NCBI GenBank assembly: GCA_963783575.1
Contig: CAWAOD010000016.1
Coordinates: 253,153 to 317,152, forward strand
DNA from: an uncultured Spirochaetota bacterium
Lineage (GTDB): Bacteria; Spirochaetota; Brevinematia; Brevinematales; JAOACQ01
Length of the DNA stretch: 64,000 nt
Direction: 5' to 3'
Shown here: piece after piece, positions 29,778 to 40,321 of the stretch
How positions within the stretch are numbered: position 1 is the stretch's first letter
Layout: every line of letters starts with the position of its first letter
Notes under the pieces: model-generated
Told to the model about the DNA's origin: nothing
The model's input: the letters and a program-made list of their open reading frames with translations, nothing else
Databases searched by the model: none
Translations under genes and position numbers: made by a program

Positions 29778-30929
29778 CTATATATTCCCCGTCAAAAGCC
29801 TTCCCAGGAAAGGCTTTTGTATGGAAATGGCCTTGTACGGGCATGTCTCCTGGCAGCAGTAACAACGGATGCATTTATTATAATTATAAACGGGCGGGTT
29901 GATTTTTTTACAGTTTTTAAAATTAAGGGCTTTTCCTTCAACAGGGCAAACATCCACACAGGTTCCGCATTTTGTGCATTTGTTACGGTCAATGACAGGC
30001 CGCGGAATAATATAATTCTTGAAGCTTTTGAAACTTTCCACAAAACCGCCGATGTGAATGGGCTTTCTTTCAACCTTAAACTTCCTGTTAATAAAATTTT
30101 CCAGCGGTTCGCCGAAGTAAGCGGTTTCATCCTGAATATATGTGCCCAGTCCGGATTCCATGCCGTAAAAGTTTGTCGGGACCGATGACGGTTCAAGGTC
30201 GATCATCCTGCAGAAAGTTGCATCCATGGCAACCGGGTCGTTGGAAATAATCAGGCAGTTCATTTTTACCGCGTCTCCGCCGCTGGGACCATTGCCTTCC
30301 ATAGCGATAACCGCGTCCATAACAAACAAGCGGGGCTTTAAAAAATTATTAATATCCACAAGCATTTTTGAAAAATTTGCCGCGTTTGGAATTTTAACAT
30401 GAAATGCAGACTTATTCAAACCGGCCACGCAGCCGAATTGATTCTTTATGGCCCCGGTTATAGTTGTAAATTTGTGCGTTTTCATTTTGCAGAGGCTTAT
30501 AATGCCATCGGCATCCAATGCCGCCTGGGCGATATAGAATTCTTTCGCAGCAAGGCCTTCAGGATTCTGAACTAAACGTCCCTTTTCAAATTCTCCCAAT
30601 TTTACGGAATACCTTTCGGCCACTTCAAAAAGACCGGATTTCTTCAAACCGGCCAGGGGCTTCCCAAAGGCCGGCGAATCACCATAAGAGATTTGAACTC
30701 GTTCCTCTGTTAGAAGTTTTAACATGGCATTCAGAACGGATGGATGGGTCGTAACATTTTCTTCGGGAACAGCCCCAAAAAGAACATTCGGTTTTACCAG
30801 GATTTTTTCACCCTCTTTTACGAATAAACCCATTCCGCCAATAAGGGCAACCCCGCTTTTCAAAGCGTCATAAACCCTTTCCTCATTATAGTCATTACAG
30901 CGCATGACAGCGACTTTCGATTTGATCAT
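29778..30929 (-). CDS. DUF362 protein with C-terminal 2x[4Fe-4S] ferredoxin domain
   Basis: VKPN, THP, KMKTH..TGAIKN.FG and EGNGP motifs; two CxxCxxCxxxCP motifs. Confidence 0.88.
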   Translation of the reverse strand: MIKSKVAVMRCNDYNEERVYDALKSGVALIGGMGLFVKEGEKILVKPNVLFGAVPEENVTTHPSVLNAMLKLLTEERVQISYGDSPAFGKPLAGLKKSGLFEVAERYSVKLGEFEKGRLVQNPEGLAAKEFYIAQAALDADGIISLCKMKTHKFTTITGAIKNQFGCVAGLNKSAFHVKIPNAANFSKMLVDINNFLKPRLFVMDAVIAMEGNGPSGGDAVKMNCLIISNDPVAMDATFCRMIDLEPSSVPTNFYGMESGLGTYIQDETAYFGEPLENFINRKFKVERKPIHIGGFVESFKSFKNYIIPRPVIDRNKCTKCGTCVDVCPVEGKALNFKNCKKINPPVYNYNKCIRCYCCQETCPYKAISIQKPFLGRLLTGNI

Positions 30930-30988
30930 ATATAACCTCTCATAATAATTATATTCTTTTCAATATGAAATGTCTATTTTTAAAGTTT

Positions 30989-31930
30989 TCAGAAAACAGG
31001 CTTTCTTCCGCTCCGTATAAGGAAAGCGAGTTCCAGCCGGCTGTTTATTCCTGTTTTACCATAAATATGATGTATATGGTTTTTTACTGTTTTTTGAGAA
31101 ATAAATAGTTTATCTGCAATTTCCCGGCTGTTCAGACCTTGCAGGATCAATAGTAAAATCTCCTGCTCCCTTTCGGTGATGTTGAATTTACTGAAAAAGA
31201 CGCTGTCCGGTTCAGCTATGGCTTCTTTCCGGGAATAGCGCAGAAAGAATCGAACGGTAAGAAATAAAAAAAAGAAATTTATAAGAAAATAGCCGGAAAG
31301 CTGAAAAATAATTTCTTTTATATTGCTTCTGCTCAAAAACCCTCCGGATGATCTACCGGAAATCCAATCAAATAATATAAAGCCGTAGAAAAAAATCAAA
31401 ACAACCGGGACAAGGCTTTTTACAAAAACATTATTGCTGATTTTTCTCCGGTAAAGAACCGTCAGAAACGGCATCAAAAGACCTGTAATAATCAAAGCGC
31501 CAGGCGTAACCCAATCCATAATTGAAAATAGAAGCGCACCTCCGGCAATCTTTCCGGCAAAAAAATATGGAACGGACAGAGCCGCAGCAGATAATAATGT
31601 TAAAGCTGAAATAACTATTTTGCCGGTCTTTTCGAATCTCACAGACAGAAGATGCATAAGCATTATGGGAATAAAGAATAGCAGAAGCCGGCATATGTCT
31701 TTAGTCAACACATAAAATATCAATACCGTTCCATAATAAAAGGATTGATCCAGACGTATTGAAAATAGAAGGCTTGAAAGAAACATCCGTATTGAAAAAA
31801 TAAGCAAAAATGCAGTATAATATAATACCGTTTTATCCCTGTATTTTATTAAAAGAATAGCTGACACTATAAAAGATGCAAGCCCCAGCGAAAAGGAAAC
31901 GATCTGTACAAAAACTAATAAAGAAATCAT
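30989..31930 (-). CDS. Membrane-integrated LuxR-family regulator
   Basis: Multi-TM N-terminus; ITEREQEI..G..SREIADKLFISQKTVKNHI HTH. Confidence 0.88.
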   Translation of the reverse strand: MISLLVFVQIVSFSLGLASFIVSAILLIKYRDKTVLYYTAFLLIFSIRMFLSSLLFSIRLDQSFYYGTVLIFYVLTKDICRLLLFFIPIMLMHLLSVRFEKTGKIVISALTLLSAAALSVPYFFAGKIAGGALLFSIMDWVTPGALIITGLLMPFLTVLYRRKISNNVFVKSLVPVVLIFFYGFILFDWISGRSSGGFLSRSNIKEIIFQLSGYFLINFFFLFLTVRFFLRYSRKEAIAEPDSVFFSKFNITEREQEILLLILQGLNSREIADKLFISQKTVKNHIHHIYGKTGINSRLELAFLIRSGRKPVF

Positions 31931-32070
31931 AATACCTTATAAGATTTTATAACACCATAGGCTGTTTGTCAAAACATGAATCCTTAATACCCATAATAAA
32001 TGAATCCTTTTACCCATTGTAAAAATGATTATACAATGTTAATATTATGAAAAACAAACGGAGGATTATT

Positions 32071-32949
32071 ATGATTAAGAATACCGGGATCTTTTTCTTA
32101 ACAGCCTTACTTATACTTTTTTCAGTTTGCGGCGGTTTTGCGATGAGCGGAAAGGTACAGAATATCCCGATGAAAACATACACCGATTTGAATATTCCAG
32201 ACGGGGAATTTCTCCATTATGGAGGATACAGAAACGAAGAGAAAACCGGGGATTCTTACCAGGTTATAAAAATTATAACTAATGAAAAAGGTAATATAAA
32301 TTATAAAATTTACCAATATATCATATTCGGGGATAAAAACCGGAAACCGCCGGTAAGTTATATGGATTGGCCTTCATACTATTCCATTGATCCGAAATCA
32401 GGATCCGTTATCGAATCTAAAACCGTCTACCTTGATACAAATAATACTACCAATGAAATAAACGTCAGTATGGGGTTCGAAGGATTGCTCTACTGGTCTT
32501 ATAAATACAATGCTGAAAAAGGATTTGTCGAAGAAAATACAAAAACCGTTCATGACACTGTTACCAATACAAGAAATTACAAAGTATATGTAAACCAGGA
32601 TTATCCGATTTGGGATGCGACATCATTGATTTATTACCTGGGACGGTTTATTGATCCTGACAGCCCCGGGATTTTTTACCTTGTCGTTCCTGAAATTATG
32701 AAGAATCCCATTCCTTTATCCTTAAGAAATGTTTCAACTGGAACACTGGAAACAAAAGCCGGGATTTTCAGGATAAAAAAAGAAAAAGTGCTCTCCGGCG
32801 ATCCGTTCATAGGGAAACTGATGGAACCTTTTCTGAAAAACTGGGAAATCTGGGTTGAGGATTCCAGCAGAAGGCTTATTATCAAACTCCATACTCCATC
32901 GGATGATTATATTATGCTGGAACAGATATCCAATGTTAAACATGAATGA
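32071..32949 (+). CDS. Secreted hypothetical protein (weak DUF3108-like resemblance)
   Basis: Signal peptide after a GGAGG RBS; ETKAGIF...IWV..RRLIIK tail. Confidence 0.65.
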   Translation: MIKNTGIFFLTALLILFSVCGGFAMSGKVQNIPMKTYTDLNIPDGEFLHYGGYRNEEKTGDSYQVIKIITNEKGNINYKIYQYIIFGDKNRKPPVSYMDWPSYYSIDPKSGSVIESKTVYLDTNNTTNEINVSMGFEGLLYWSYKYNAEKGFVEENTKTVHDTVTNTRNYKVYVNQDYPIWDATSLIYYLGRFIDPDSPGIFYLVVPEIMKNPIPLSLRNVSTGTLETKAGIFRIKKEKVLSGDPFIGKLMEPFLKNWEIWVEDSSRRLIIKLHTPSDDYIMLEQISNVKHE

Positions 32950-33023
32950 TTGTTACAAACTATTATGTTATATTTTATCTTACTTTCAAGTTTCAATATT
33001 CTTAGAAAAATGCGCGATGATAG

Positions 33024-33803
33024 TTATGCCAATTCCGGTCTCATGATCAATACTTCGCCAATAACGTTGGAATTGGAATCCATAATCGGGTCTATCCTGT
33101 AAAACACCGTTGACTTATCACCTTTCTTTCTGATTAAAACAACTTTTTTTTCATTACGGCCCATGTTCTTTTCGGAAAGAATATGCTGGAAATCATTCTG
33201 CTTTACATTATCTTCAGAAATCGGCCCTTCCTGTTTTCTAAATACTTCCTTCAATTCTTTATGGGAAGCTTCTTTTTGATCCCATCCCGTCAGTTTCTCA
33301 GCGACCGGATTGATGAATTTAACCAGTCCCTCGGTGTCAATGGCGATAACACCTTCGGATATACTGTTTAAAATCTCGGAAAGCCAGAGCTCATTTTCCC
33401 TGATGATCTTCTTAGCCTGGAATTTATAAAAAGCATGGTCGATCACTATCTGGAAGGTATTGTCTTGAATTGGTTTTAGAATATAGCCATAGGATTCCAC
33501 AACTCTTGCCCTCTCCACTGTATTTTCGTCGGAATACGCCGTCAAAAAAACAATTGGTATATCAAAAAGCCTGGTAATTTCCGCGGCTGTTTCAATTCCG
33601 TCCTGTTTTCCTTTAATCCGGATATCCATAAGAATCAAATCCGGTCTATATTCTTCTATTTTCTTCATCGCCTCTATGCCGGATACCGCGATATCTGGCA
33701 CGTTGTATCCCAGAGCAATAAGTTTCTTCTCAATCTCTCTCGCGATGATGATCTCATCTTCAACAATCAGTATATTCCTCTTCAGCATATGAACCTCCGT
33801 CAA
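33024..33803 (-). CDS. Response regulator, REC-PAS
   Basis: ILIVEDE, LMDI, FLTA and YILKP motifs; followed by a PAS domain (NPVAEKLTGW). Confidence 0.88.
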   Translation of the reverse strand: MTEVHMLKRNILIVEDEIIIAREIEKKLIALGYNVPDIAVSGIEAMKKIEEYRPDLILMDIRIKGKQDGIETAAEITRLFDIPIVFLTAYSDENTVERARVVESYGYILKPIQDNTFQIVIDHAFYKFQAKKIIRENELWLSEILNSISEGVIAIDTEGLVKFINPVAEKLTGWDQKEASHKELKEVFRKQEGPISEDNVKQNDFQHILSEKNMGRNEKKVVLIRKKGDKSTVFYRIDPIMDSNSNVIGEVLIMRPELA

Positions 33804-35218
33804 TTTTCTTTTTTGAATTTTATGATAACACCGAATCCATTTTCCCGGATATATTCCAGTTCGCCCTCGATCTGCCGGGCCAGGTCCTGGATCAGCTTAA
33901 TACCCAGCGACTTCAAGTTTTTTATGTCCATTCCCTGCGGCATACCACTGCCATTATCACTGACCTGAAGGACAAAACTGCCTGGTTTGTTCTGCTTGAA
34001 TATAATTTTAATGGTTCCTGATTTATTATCCGGAAAAGCGTATTTCAGGGAATTGGTGACCATTTCATTTACGATCAGCCCGCAGGGAATGGCCATTCCG
34101 ATATTCATATTGATATTTTCCGCTTTGATATCCAGATTAATTTTTTGAAAATCCCCCCTGTATGTTGCGAATAAATAGGAAGTCAGGTCTGTAATATAAT
34201 CCCCAAAGGGGATATTTAAAAAATCAGTTTTTTTATAAATCAGTTCATGGATTATTGCCATGGATTTTACTCGGGTAATGCTGTCGTGAAATATGCCCCT
34301 GTCATAATCATTCTTTACATAATCCATCTGCAGGCTCAAAAGTCCGGCGACAGTCTGCAGGTTGTTCTTGACGCGATGGTGAATTTCCTTCAATAGGGTT
34401 TCTTTTTCCTGCAAGGAAGCGATCAGTTTTTCTTCCATTTTCTTTTTTTCTGTGATATCTCTCATTATCGAGCATTCGATATAACCTTTGCTTGTATTAA
34501 CTGCGAATGTGACAATCTGAACAGTATTTATATTACCTTTTTGATTTAAAATCTCATATTCTCTAATTTTATTCAATATTGTTGATTTGCCTGTTTGAAG
34601 AAGTTCAAGCATGCAATTTTTCATTTTTTCATAAGATTCCTTTGTCTTTCTTTCCGGCATGGTCAATTGATGACGGATATCCCACAGGTATTGGTTAATA
34701 ATATCTTTTTTATTTAGCCCCGTAATGTGAAACATTCCTTCATTCCACTCGGTAATCCTCCCTTCCTCATCTGTGAGAACAATCCCATCGGGAGAAAGCT
34801 CAATGGTTTTATGAAGTTTTTCATCGCTGTCCCTCGAGGGATAAATTTTATTTAATAAATTGATATAATAAGAATCGATTCTATCCAGTAATAAATTAAT
34901 ATCTCCGGCAAGGTCAGCCAATTCATTTTTTCCCTTTATTTCGATCCTGGTTTTTACATCCCCCTTATTCGCCGCAGATTTAACTGAAAGGCTAAGTTTC
35001 TTCAATGGTTCCAATATCTTTTCTTTAATATTGATTAAATTGATCAATAATATAAAAATTACAAAAAAAAATGTGCCGGTTATAATAAAAATTAAATCAG
35101 CCTGGGACAATATAAAATATGATTTCAAAATATAATATGCCGCTGTAAGCACCGAAAGAACCATGACAAAAGCTAAAGTATAAATTATAATAAATTTCTT
35201 AATTGTAAACATTATCAA
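33800..35218 (-). CDS. Membrane sensor histidine kinase (HAMP-PAS-HisKA_2-HATPase)
   Basis: EIHHRVKNNLQ, NEMVTNSLKYAF, DNGSG and SLG motifs. Confidence 0.9.
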   Translation of the reverse strand: MIMFTIKKFIIIYTLAFVMVLSVLTAAYYILKSYFILSQADLIFIITGTFFFVIFILLINLINIKEKILEPLKKLSLSVKSAANKGDVKTRIEIKGKNELADLAGDINLLLDRIDSYYINLLNKIYPSRDSDEKLHKTIELSPDGIVLTDEEGRITEWNEGMFHITGLNKKDIINQYLWDIRHQLTMPERKTKESYEKMKNCMLELLQTGKSTILNKIREYEILNQKGNINTVQIVTFAVNTSKGYIECSIMRDITEKKKMEEKLIASLQEKETLLKEIHHRVKNNLQTVAGLLSLQMDYVKNDYDRGIFHDSITRVKSMAIIHELIYKKTDFLNIPFGDYITDLTSYLFATYRGDFQKINLDIKAENINMNIGMAIPCGLIVNEMVTNSLKYAFPDNKSGTIKIIFKQNKPGSFVLQVSDNGSGMPQGMDIKNLKSLGIKLIQDLARQIEGELEYIRENGFGVIIKFKKEN

Positions 35219-35242
35219 CCGCCTTGAATATAATAGAATTCT

Positions 35243-36598
35243 TTATTCCGGTTTAAAGAATTCCAGAAATTCGTTACCGCTGATTTCCTTTATTCTTTTA
35301 TAGAGATAATGCTCTATCGCGAAATTTTCCATTCCAAAATAACTGTATAGAACAATGGAATAATTCGGCCCTTTATTGTTTACAATTATTTTTTCCACCT
35401 GTTCAAGGTTACCGATAGTCATTAATGAAAAGTTTTTATAAATAATATGGAAAATATCCTTCTCCTTAAGTATCCAATATAATTCACTTCTTTCCAGGAT
35501 ATTCTCGTTGTTAAAACGAAGTTTTCTCAGAATAAATTCCTCAAACTCGCCTTCATCAGTTGTATATACTTTTTCCAGATAGGGATGGCTGATCAGGACA
35601 TGGTATTTACTTATGATTTCCTCCAGGTCTTTATATTTAGGATTTAATTCCATAGCCTGTTTCCAGAGTTCCATGGCCTTGAACAATTCACCCTCATTAT
35701 AATAAACATTTGCAATTTGATAAAGCAGGGCACACCTTTCACCCACCGGTATTTTCATAAAATAATCATCTGCTATTTTCATTGCATCGTCGGATTTCTT
35801 GTCCTTTACCATCGCGTAAATGATCTTACCCAGAATTTTATTCAGGAACTGCGTTCTGTTCAGGAAAGGTAACAGGGTAGTATAAACATCTTTAAAGCGT
35901 TTTAAAGCGGTATAATTATCAGCCAGCAGGACGCTGGACTCAAAAATGAACATAATGGAAAGGTCATCACTAGTCTTGATCACCTTATTCAGTTCATGAA
36001 CGGACTTTTGAAATTCACCCAGTATGTAATATAATTTAGCCAGAAGATATGAAGCCTTTACATTATCCGGTTTGATGATTGTGTATAATTCCAGGTTTCT
36101 TTTTGCGGGGATGTAATATTTTAGTGAAAACATGACCTCGGCGGAATGAAATAGGGCCTGGGAATTTTTAGGATTTTCTTTTAGAACAAGGTTGTAATAC
36201 CCGAGGGAAGTGCTATAGTCCTGAATTTTTGCATATAAATCACCCAGTTTTAACCGCATTTCATTTTTAAGAGAAGACCTCGGCTCATTTTCAAGCTGTA
36301 CCAATACTTTTTCATAATTTTCTATGGCATGCCTGTACTGGAATAATCCCTCGTATGATTGTCCGATTAGATTGAAGATCAAAAAATCGGAAGAGTTATA
36401 TTTCAGGTATTTCAGGGAAGTATCCAGGGCTTTCTGAAACTCGTTTTCTTTTAGCATTTTTTCGATACGGTCCAGTTGAAAGTGTTTTTTATATATTCCA
36501 TAGAAAATCCATGCCGCCAGAGATCCCGCCGCTATGATTAACGCTATAATAAACAGAGGAAGTATATTCTTGAATTCCATTATATCCAATTTGATCAC
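35243..36598 (-). CDS. Membrane-anchored tetratricopeptide-repeat protein
   Basis: N-terminal TM segment and repeated LG..Y/A..Y...L...P helical pattern. Confidence 0.8.
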   Translation of the reverse strand: MIKLDIMEFKNILPLFIIALIIAAGSLAAWIFYGIYKKHFQLDRIEKMLKENEFQKALDTSLKYLKYNSSDFLIFNLIGQSYEGLFQYRHAIENYEKVLVQLENEPRSSLKNEMRLKLGDLYAKIQDYSTSLGYYNLVLKENPKNSQALFHSAEVMFSLKYYIPAKRNLELYTIIKPDNVKASYLLAKLYYILGEFQKSVHELNKVIKTSDDLSIMFIFESSVLLADNYTALKRFKDVYTTLLPFLNRTQFLNKILGKIIYAMVKDKKSDDAMKIADDYFMKIPVGERCALLYQIANVYYNEGELFKAMELWKQAMELNPKYKDLEEIISKYHVLISHPYLEKVYTTDEGEFEEFILRKLRFNNENILERSELYWILKEKDIFHIIYKNFSLMTIGNLEQVEKIIVNNKGPNYSIVLYSYFGMENFAIEHYLYKRIKEISGNEFLEFFKPE

Positions 36599-36602
36599 CC
36601 CC

Positions 36603-37769
36603 TTATTTCATATCCGCTTTTTTTAATGTATCCAGATAATCATTAGTTTCTTTATCTTCTATAATGGTCTCTATCCATCTTGTATCATCATTGACCAGGT
36701 CGATCTGGAGCGGGTATTTTAATATATCGCCCTTGCTATTATAATAGATCGAAACTACAGGCTTCAATGCCTCCACTTTAGAAAGTCTGACCACTTCAGC
36801 TTTTTCGCCGGTATTGAGCAGGACGTATTGCCCTATAGAAAAAATAGATTTTTCAATCAAATATTTCGGCATTTTGTTGATGAATTCTATCGCGAACCTG
36901 GGATTGAATTTAACCGCCATGTTCGTCCTGATCATGAGAAACGCCCTCCAGAAAGCGATCTTGTCCCTGTAGATTTTATTGGTTGTAACAGCCTCATAAA
37001 AATCACATAGCGAGACGATCTGAGCCATATCGTCAATTTTCTCGCTGGTAACACCCAGGGGATACCCGCTGCCGTCAAAGCATTCATGGTGCATCAAAGT
37101 GATATTTATTATCTGGTCCTCAAATTGGGACTGGCTTTTCAGGATATTATAACCGTAAACGGGATGCTTTTTAATTATGTCAAATTCCTCTTTTGAGAGC
37201 AGTTCTTTCTTATTCAATATCTCTAACGGCACCAGGATTTTTCCAATATCATGCAGAAGAGCTCCGATGCCCAGTACCCTGATTTTATTTCTTTTCCATT
37301 CCATTAATTTACTGAACAGAACTGCGAGCATTGTAACATTCACCGAATGGACATAGGTTTGCTCGTCATAATCCTTTATTTCGAGGATGTTCAGCATGGC
37401 TCCGCTATCGGCATTGGCAATTTTTTCAATGAACTGCTCGACCGTTTCTTCAATATCCTTTTCAGGTAAAGGGGTCTTTTTTATGATTGCATATCCGATT
37501 TGCTCCGCGATGGAAAATGCCTTTTCCAATACATTAAACGGTATCATTGGATTTTTTTCATTCCTGGGTACAATCAACGGTCTTTTATAAAAGACTTTTT
37601 TTATGTTCTGCGAAAGTAAACTATCGATTACATCCTGGGTGACTGGCTGGTTCGCCGGGTAAATCTTAATACCCTGTTCTGTAAAAAGATCGCCCTTTAA
37701 AAGCATACCGGGATAAAGGCTGTTTGTATATAAATCGATGCTGAAAAACCTTTCCTCATTTTCATTCAT
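36603..37769 (-). CDS. HD-GYP domain phosphodiesterase
   Basis: TYVHSVNV, LHDIGK, HP..G and HHECFDGSGYP motifs. Confidence 0.9.
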   Translation of the reverse strand: MNENEERFFSIDLYTNSLYPGMLLKGDLFTEQGIKIYPANQPVTQDVIDSLLSQNIKKVFYKRPLIVPRNEKNPMIPFNVLEKAFSIAEQIGYAIIKKTPLPEKDIEETVEQFIEKIANADSGAMLNILEIKDYDEQTYVHSVNVTMLAVLFSKLMEWKRNKIRVLGIGALLHDIGKILVPLEILNKKELLSKEEFDIIKKHPVYGYNILKSQSQFEDQIINITLMHHECFDGSGYPLGVTSEKIDDMAQIVSLCDFYEAVTTNKIYRDKIAFWRAFLMIRTNMAVKFNPRFAIEFINKMPKYLIEKSIFSIGQYVLLNTGEKAEVVRLSKVEALKPVVSIYYNSKGDILKYPLQIDLVNDDTRWIETIIEDKETNDYLDTLKKADMK

Positions 37770-37805
37770 TATATATTCCTTAAAATCATTAAAATATTAT
37801 ATTTA

Positions 37806-37960
37806 GGACAGTTCTAAAAACTCCACATAAGTCACCCTGAGCCCTTCGATTCCTCAGGGCAGGCTCTGACGAATGGGTGACAAGTTTTGATGTAATTATA
37901 GTCATACTTCGTCAAGCTCAGTATGACGCTTATGGTATAAATTAGTTTTTAGAACTGCCC
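37806..37960. mobile_element. MITE family B, copy 2 (155 bp)
   Basis: TIR GGACAGTTCTAAAAACT / AGTTTTTAGAACTGCCC; 4-bp flanking duplication TTTA; no ORF. Confidence 0.88.
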
Positions 37961-38057
37961 TTTATTTTACCTGCTTAGTGAATATTACACAATAGTAAAA
38001 TTCTTTTGTAAAACAAAGCTATAAAAAATTGTAAAATTTTCCTAATCTGATAATAAG

Positions 38058-39227
38058 CTACACCCTCGCATCATAAAGTTTATCCTTAAACCATACTATG
38101 GCTTTTACCCCCTTGACAGTTTCAAAATCGATGCTGCCTTCCAGCTGATGCTCAACTATATCATAGACAAGCTTCAAACCCATCCTGCACTCAGCTTTGA
38201 AATCAAAATTTTTCGGAACCCCAATTCCGTTGTCTGAAACCTGAAACTCCAGCTTGTCATTATTGATTCTGCACAGGCTTATTGCTATCAGCCCCTTTCT
38301 ATTATTGGGGAAAGCATATTTAAAGGCGTTGGTTATCAACTCATTCAATACCAGCCCTAAGGGAATGGCGATATCGATCATGACAATCACATCTTCCAAT
38401 ACCAAATTATAATCGATATTTTTATTTGACTCATTATAACTGCTTTTTATAAGTGGCGTTAGATCGCTGATGTAATCTTTCAGATTGATATCAGACAGGT
38501 TTTGAGACTGGTAAAGTTTCTGGTGAACCTTCGCCATGGCATAAATCCGGTTTACCATATCCCTGAATACGTTTTTAATTTTTTCATCATCCACATAAGA
38601 TGCCTGCATATTCAGCATTCCGCTGATAACCTGCATATTGTTGAATGTCCGGTGATGAAGCTCCTGCAGAAGCGCTTCCTTTTCTTTTAATGAAATTTTA
38701 AGGGTATCTTCAGCCCGTTTGTGATCGAGTATTTCCTCCTGAAGAGCCTGATTAGCCGCCGATAATTCGGCGGTTCGTTCCGCAACCATCTGCTCCAATC
38801 GTTCCCGGTGGAATTTAAGCTGGAGATGGGTCTCCACACGGGCTTTTATTACAGGTTCCTGGAAAGGTTTGGTAATATAATCCACGGCCCCTATAATGAG
38901 TCCTTTCTCTTCGTTCAATTTATCCTGACTTGCTGTTAGGAATATCACGGGAATGCCCCTGGTTTTTTCATCATTTTTCAGTATCCTGCATACCTCGAAG
39001 CCGTCCATTTCCGGCATCATAACATCCAGCAGAATCAGGTCGGGGGGATCGTATTGAATGGCCTGGAGTGCAATCTTCCCGCCCGGCGCCGGCCGAACCC
39101 GGTATCCGCAGTCTTTCAGCACAGCCGACAGAAGATTCAGGTTTTCAGGCGTGTCGTCGACAATCATAATATTCGGCTGATAATTTTTCTTAAGATTATC
39201 TTTCATAAAATCATCCTGTCTTTTCAT
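38058..39227 (-). CDS. Hybrid REC-HisKA_2-HATPase kinase
   Basis: IVDD, LLDVMMP, ELHHRTFNNMQ, NELITNAFKYAF and DNGIG motifs. Confidence 0.9.
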   Translation of the reverse strand: MKRQDDFMKDNLKKNYQPNIMIVDDTPENLNLLSAVLKDCGYRVRPAPGGKIALQAIQYDPPDLILLDVMMPEMDGFEVCRILKNDEKTRGIPVIFLTASQDKLNEEKGLIIGAVDYITKPFQEPVIKARVETHLQLKFHRERLEQMVAERTAELSAANQALQEEILDHKRAEDTLKISLKEKEALLQELHHRTFNNMQVISGMLNMQASYVDDEKIKNVFRDMVNRIYAMAKVHQKLYQSQNLSDINLKDYISDLTPLIKSSYNESNKNIDYNLVLEDVIVMIDIAIPLGLVLNELITNAFKYAFPNNRKGLIAISLCRINNDKLEFQVSDNGIGVPKNFDFKAECRMGLKLVYDIVEHQLEGSIDFETVKGVKAIVWFKDKLYDARV

Positions 39228-40321
39228 TCTTTGAGATTGTCTGAAGCTTTCTTAAATTGATCCTGTATTTCTATGAATACCTCAATGATTCCAGGGTCAA
39301 ACTGCGTTCCAGAGCCTTTGATAATAATATCACGGCTTTCTTCATGAGAAAAAGGCGGCTTATAACAGCGCTTTGACCTCAGCGCGTCATAAACATCAAC
39401 AACCGCCATAATCCTGGCGCAAAGCGGTATAGCTTCACCAGCGAGTCCGTCTGGGTAGCCTCCGCCGTCCCATCGTTCATGACGATACCGCGCGATGTCG
39501 ATGCCCATATTAATAAAGGAATTTCCGGGATATTTGTTGCGGACCTGCTGAAGTGTTGCGGAGCCAAGAACCGTATGCTTTTTCATGATTTCAAACTCCT
39601 CAGGAGTATGTTTGCCCGGTTTAAGCAGAATATTGTCGGGTATAGCCACCTTACCGATGTCATGCAGGGGGCTGGAATGATACAGGTTTTTTATGAAAAT
39701 TTGATTAATATTCGGCTGAAACCGGGCCATTCCACTCATTTTTACACAGAGTAACCGGCAGAATTCCTGAACACGCTCCAGATGCTTTCCGGTATCGTCG
39801 TCACGCGACTCTGCAAGCTTCGCGATTGCGAAAATGGTAGCCATCTGCGACTCCGTTATTTCCATCACCTGGGCCTGCACAAGTACCTCCAGTTTTTTAT
39901 TGTGTGTTTCCAGTACAATCTGCAGGAAGTGAAGCTTCAGGTGCGTTTCCACCCTTGACTGTACCTCCTCGTAATGAAAAGGCTTTTCGATATAATCAAC
40001 TCCCCCCGCGGAAAATGCCTTCACCTTGTCTATGGTTCCATTGAGTGCGCTGATGAAGATCACCGGTATGTCCTTTAGTTTATTGTCCGCTTTCAACCGG
40101 GAACATACCTCATAGCCGTTCATATCCGGCATATTTATGTCGAGAAGGATCAGGTCCGGAGGCTCAATTTTTGCCGCCTGTAGCGCTAATATACCCCCGG
40201 AAACGGGACGGATTTTATAATCTTTCTTTTTAAGTATTCCGGTCAAAACCTGAAGATTGCCGGGTTCGTCGTCAATTATCATGATATCCGGAATTTTATT
40301 TATAAACGGTTCTTTATTCAT
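39224..40321 (-). CDS. REC-HD-GYP response regulator (RpfG-like)
   Basis: REC domain; ESRDDDTGKH, LHDIGK and HERWDGGGYP motifs. Confidence 0.9.
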   Translation of the reverse strand: MNKEPFINKIPDIMIIDDEPGNLQVLTGILKKKDYKIRPVSGGILALQAAKIEPPDLILLDINMPDMNGYEVCSRLKADNKLKDIPVIFISALNGTIDKVKAFSAGGVDYIEKPFHYEEVQSRVETHLKLHFLQIVLETHNKKLEVLVQAQVMEITESQMATIFAIAKLAESRDDDTGKHLERVQEFCRLLCVKMSGMARFQPNINQIFIKNLYHSSPLHDIGKVAIPDNILLKPGKHTPEEFEIMKKHTVLGSATLQQVRNKYPGNSFINMGIDIARYRHERWDGGGYPDGLAGEAIPLCARIMAVVDVYDALRSKRCYKPPFSHEESRDIIIKGSGTQFDPGIIEVFIEIQDQFKKASDNLKE

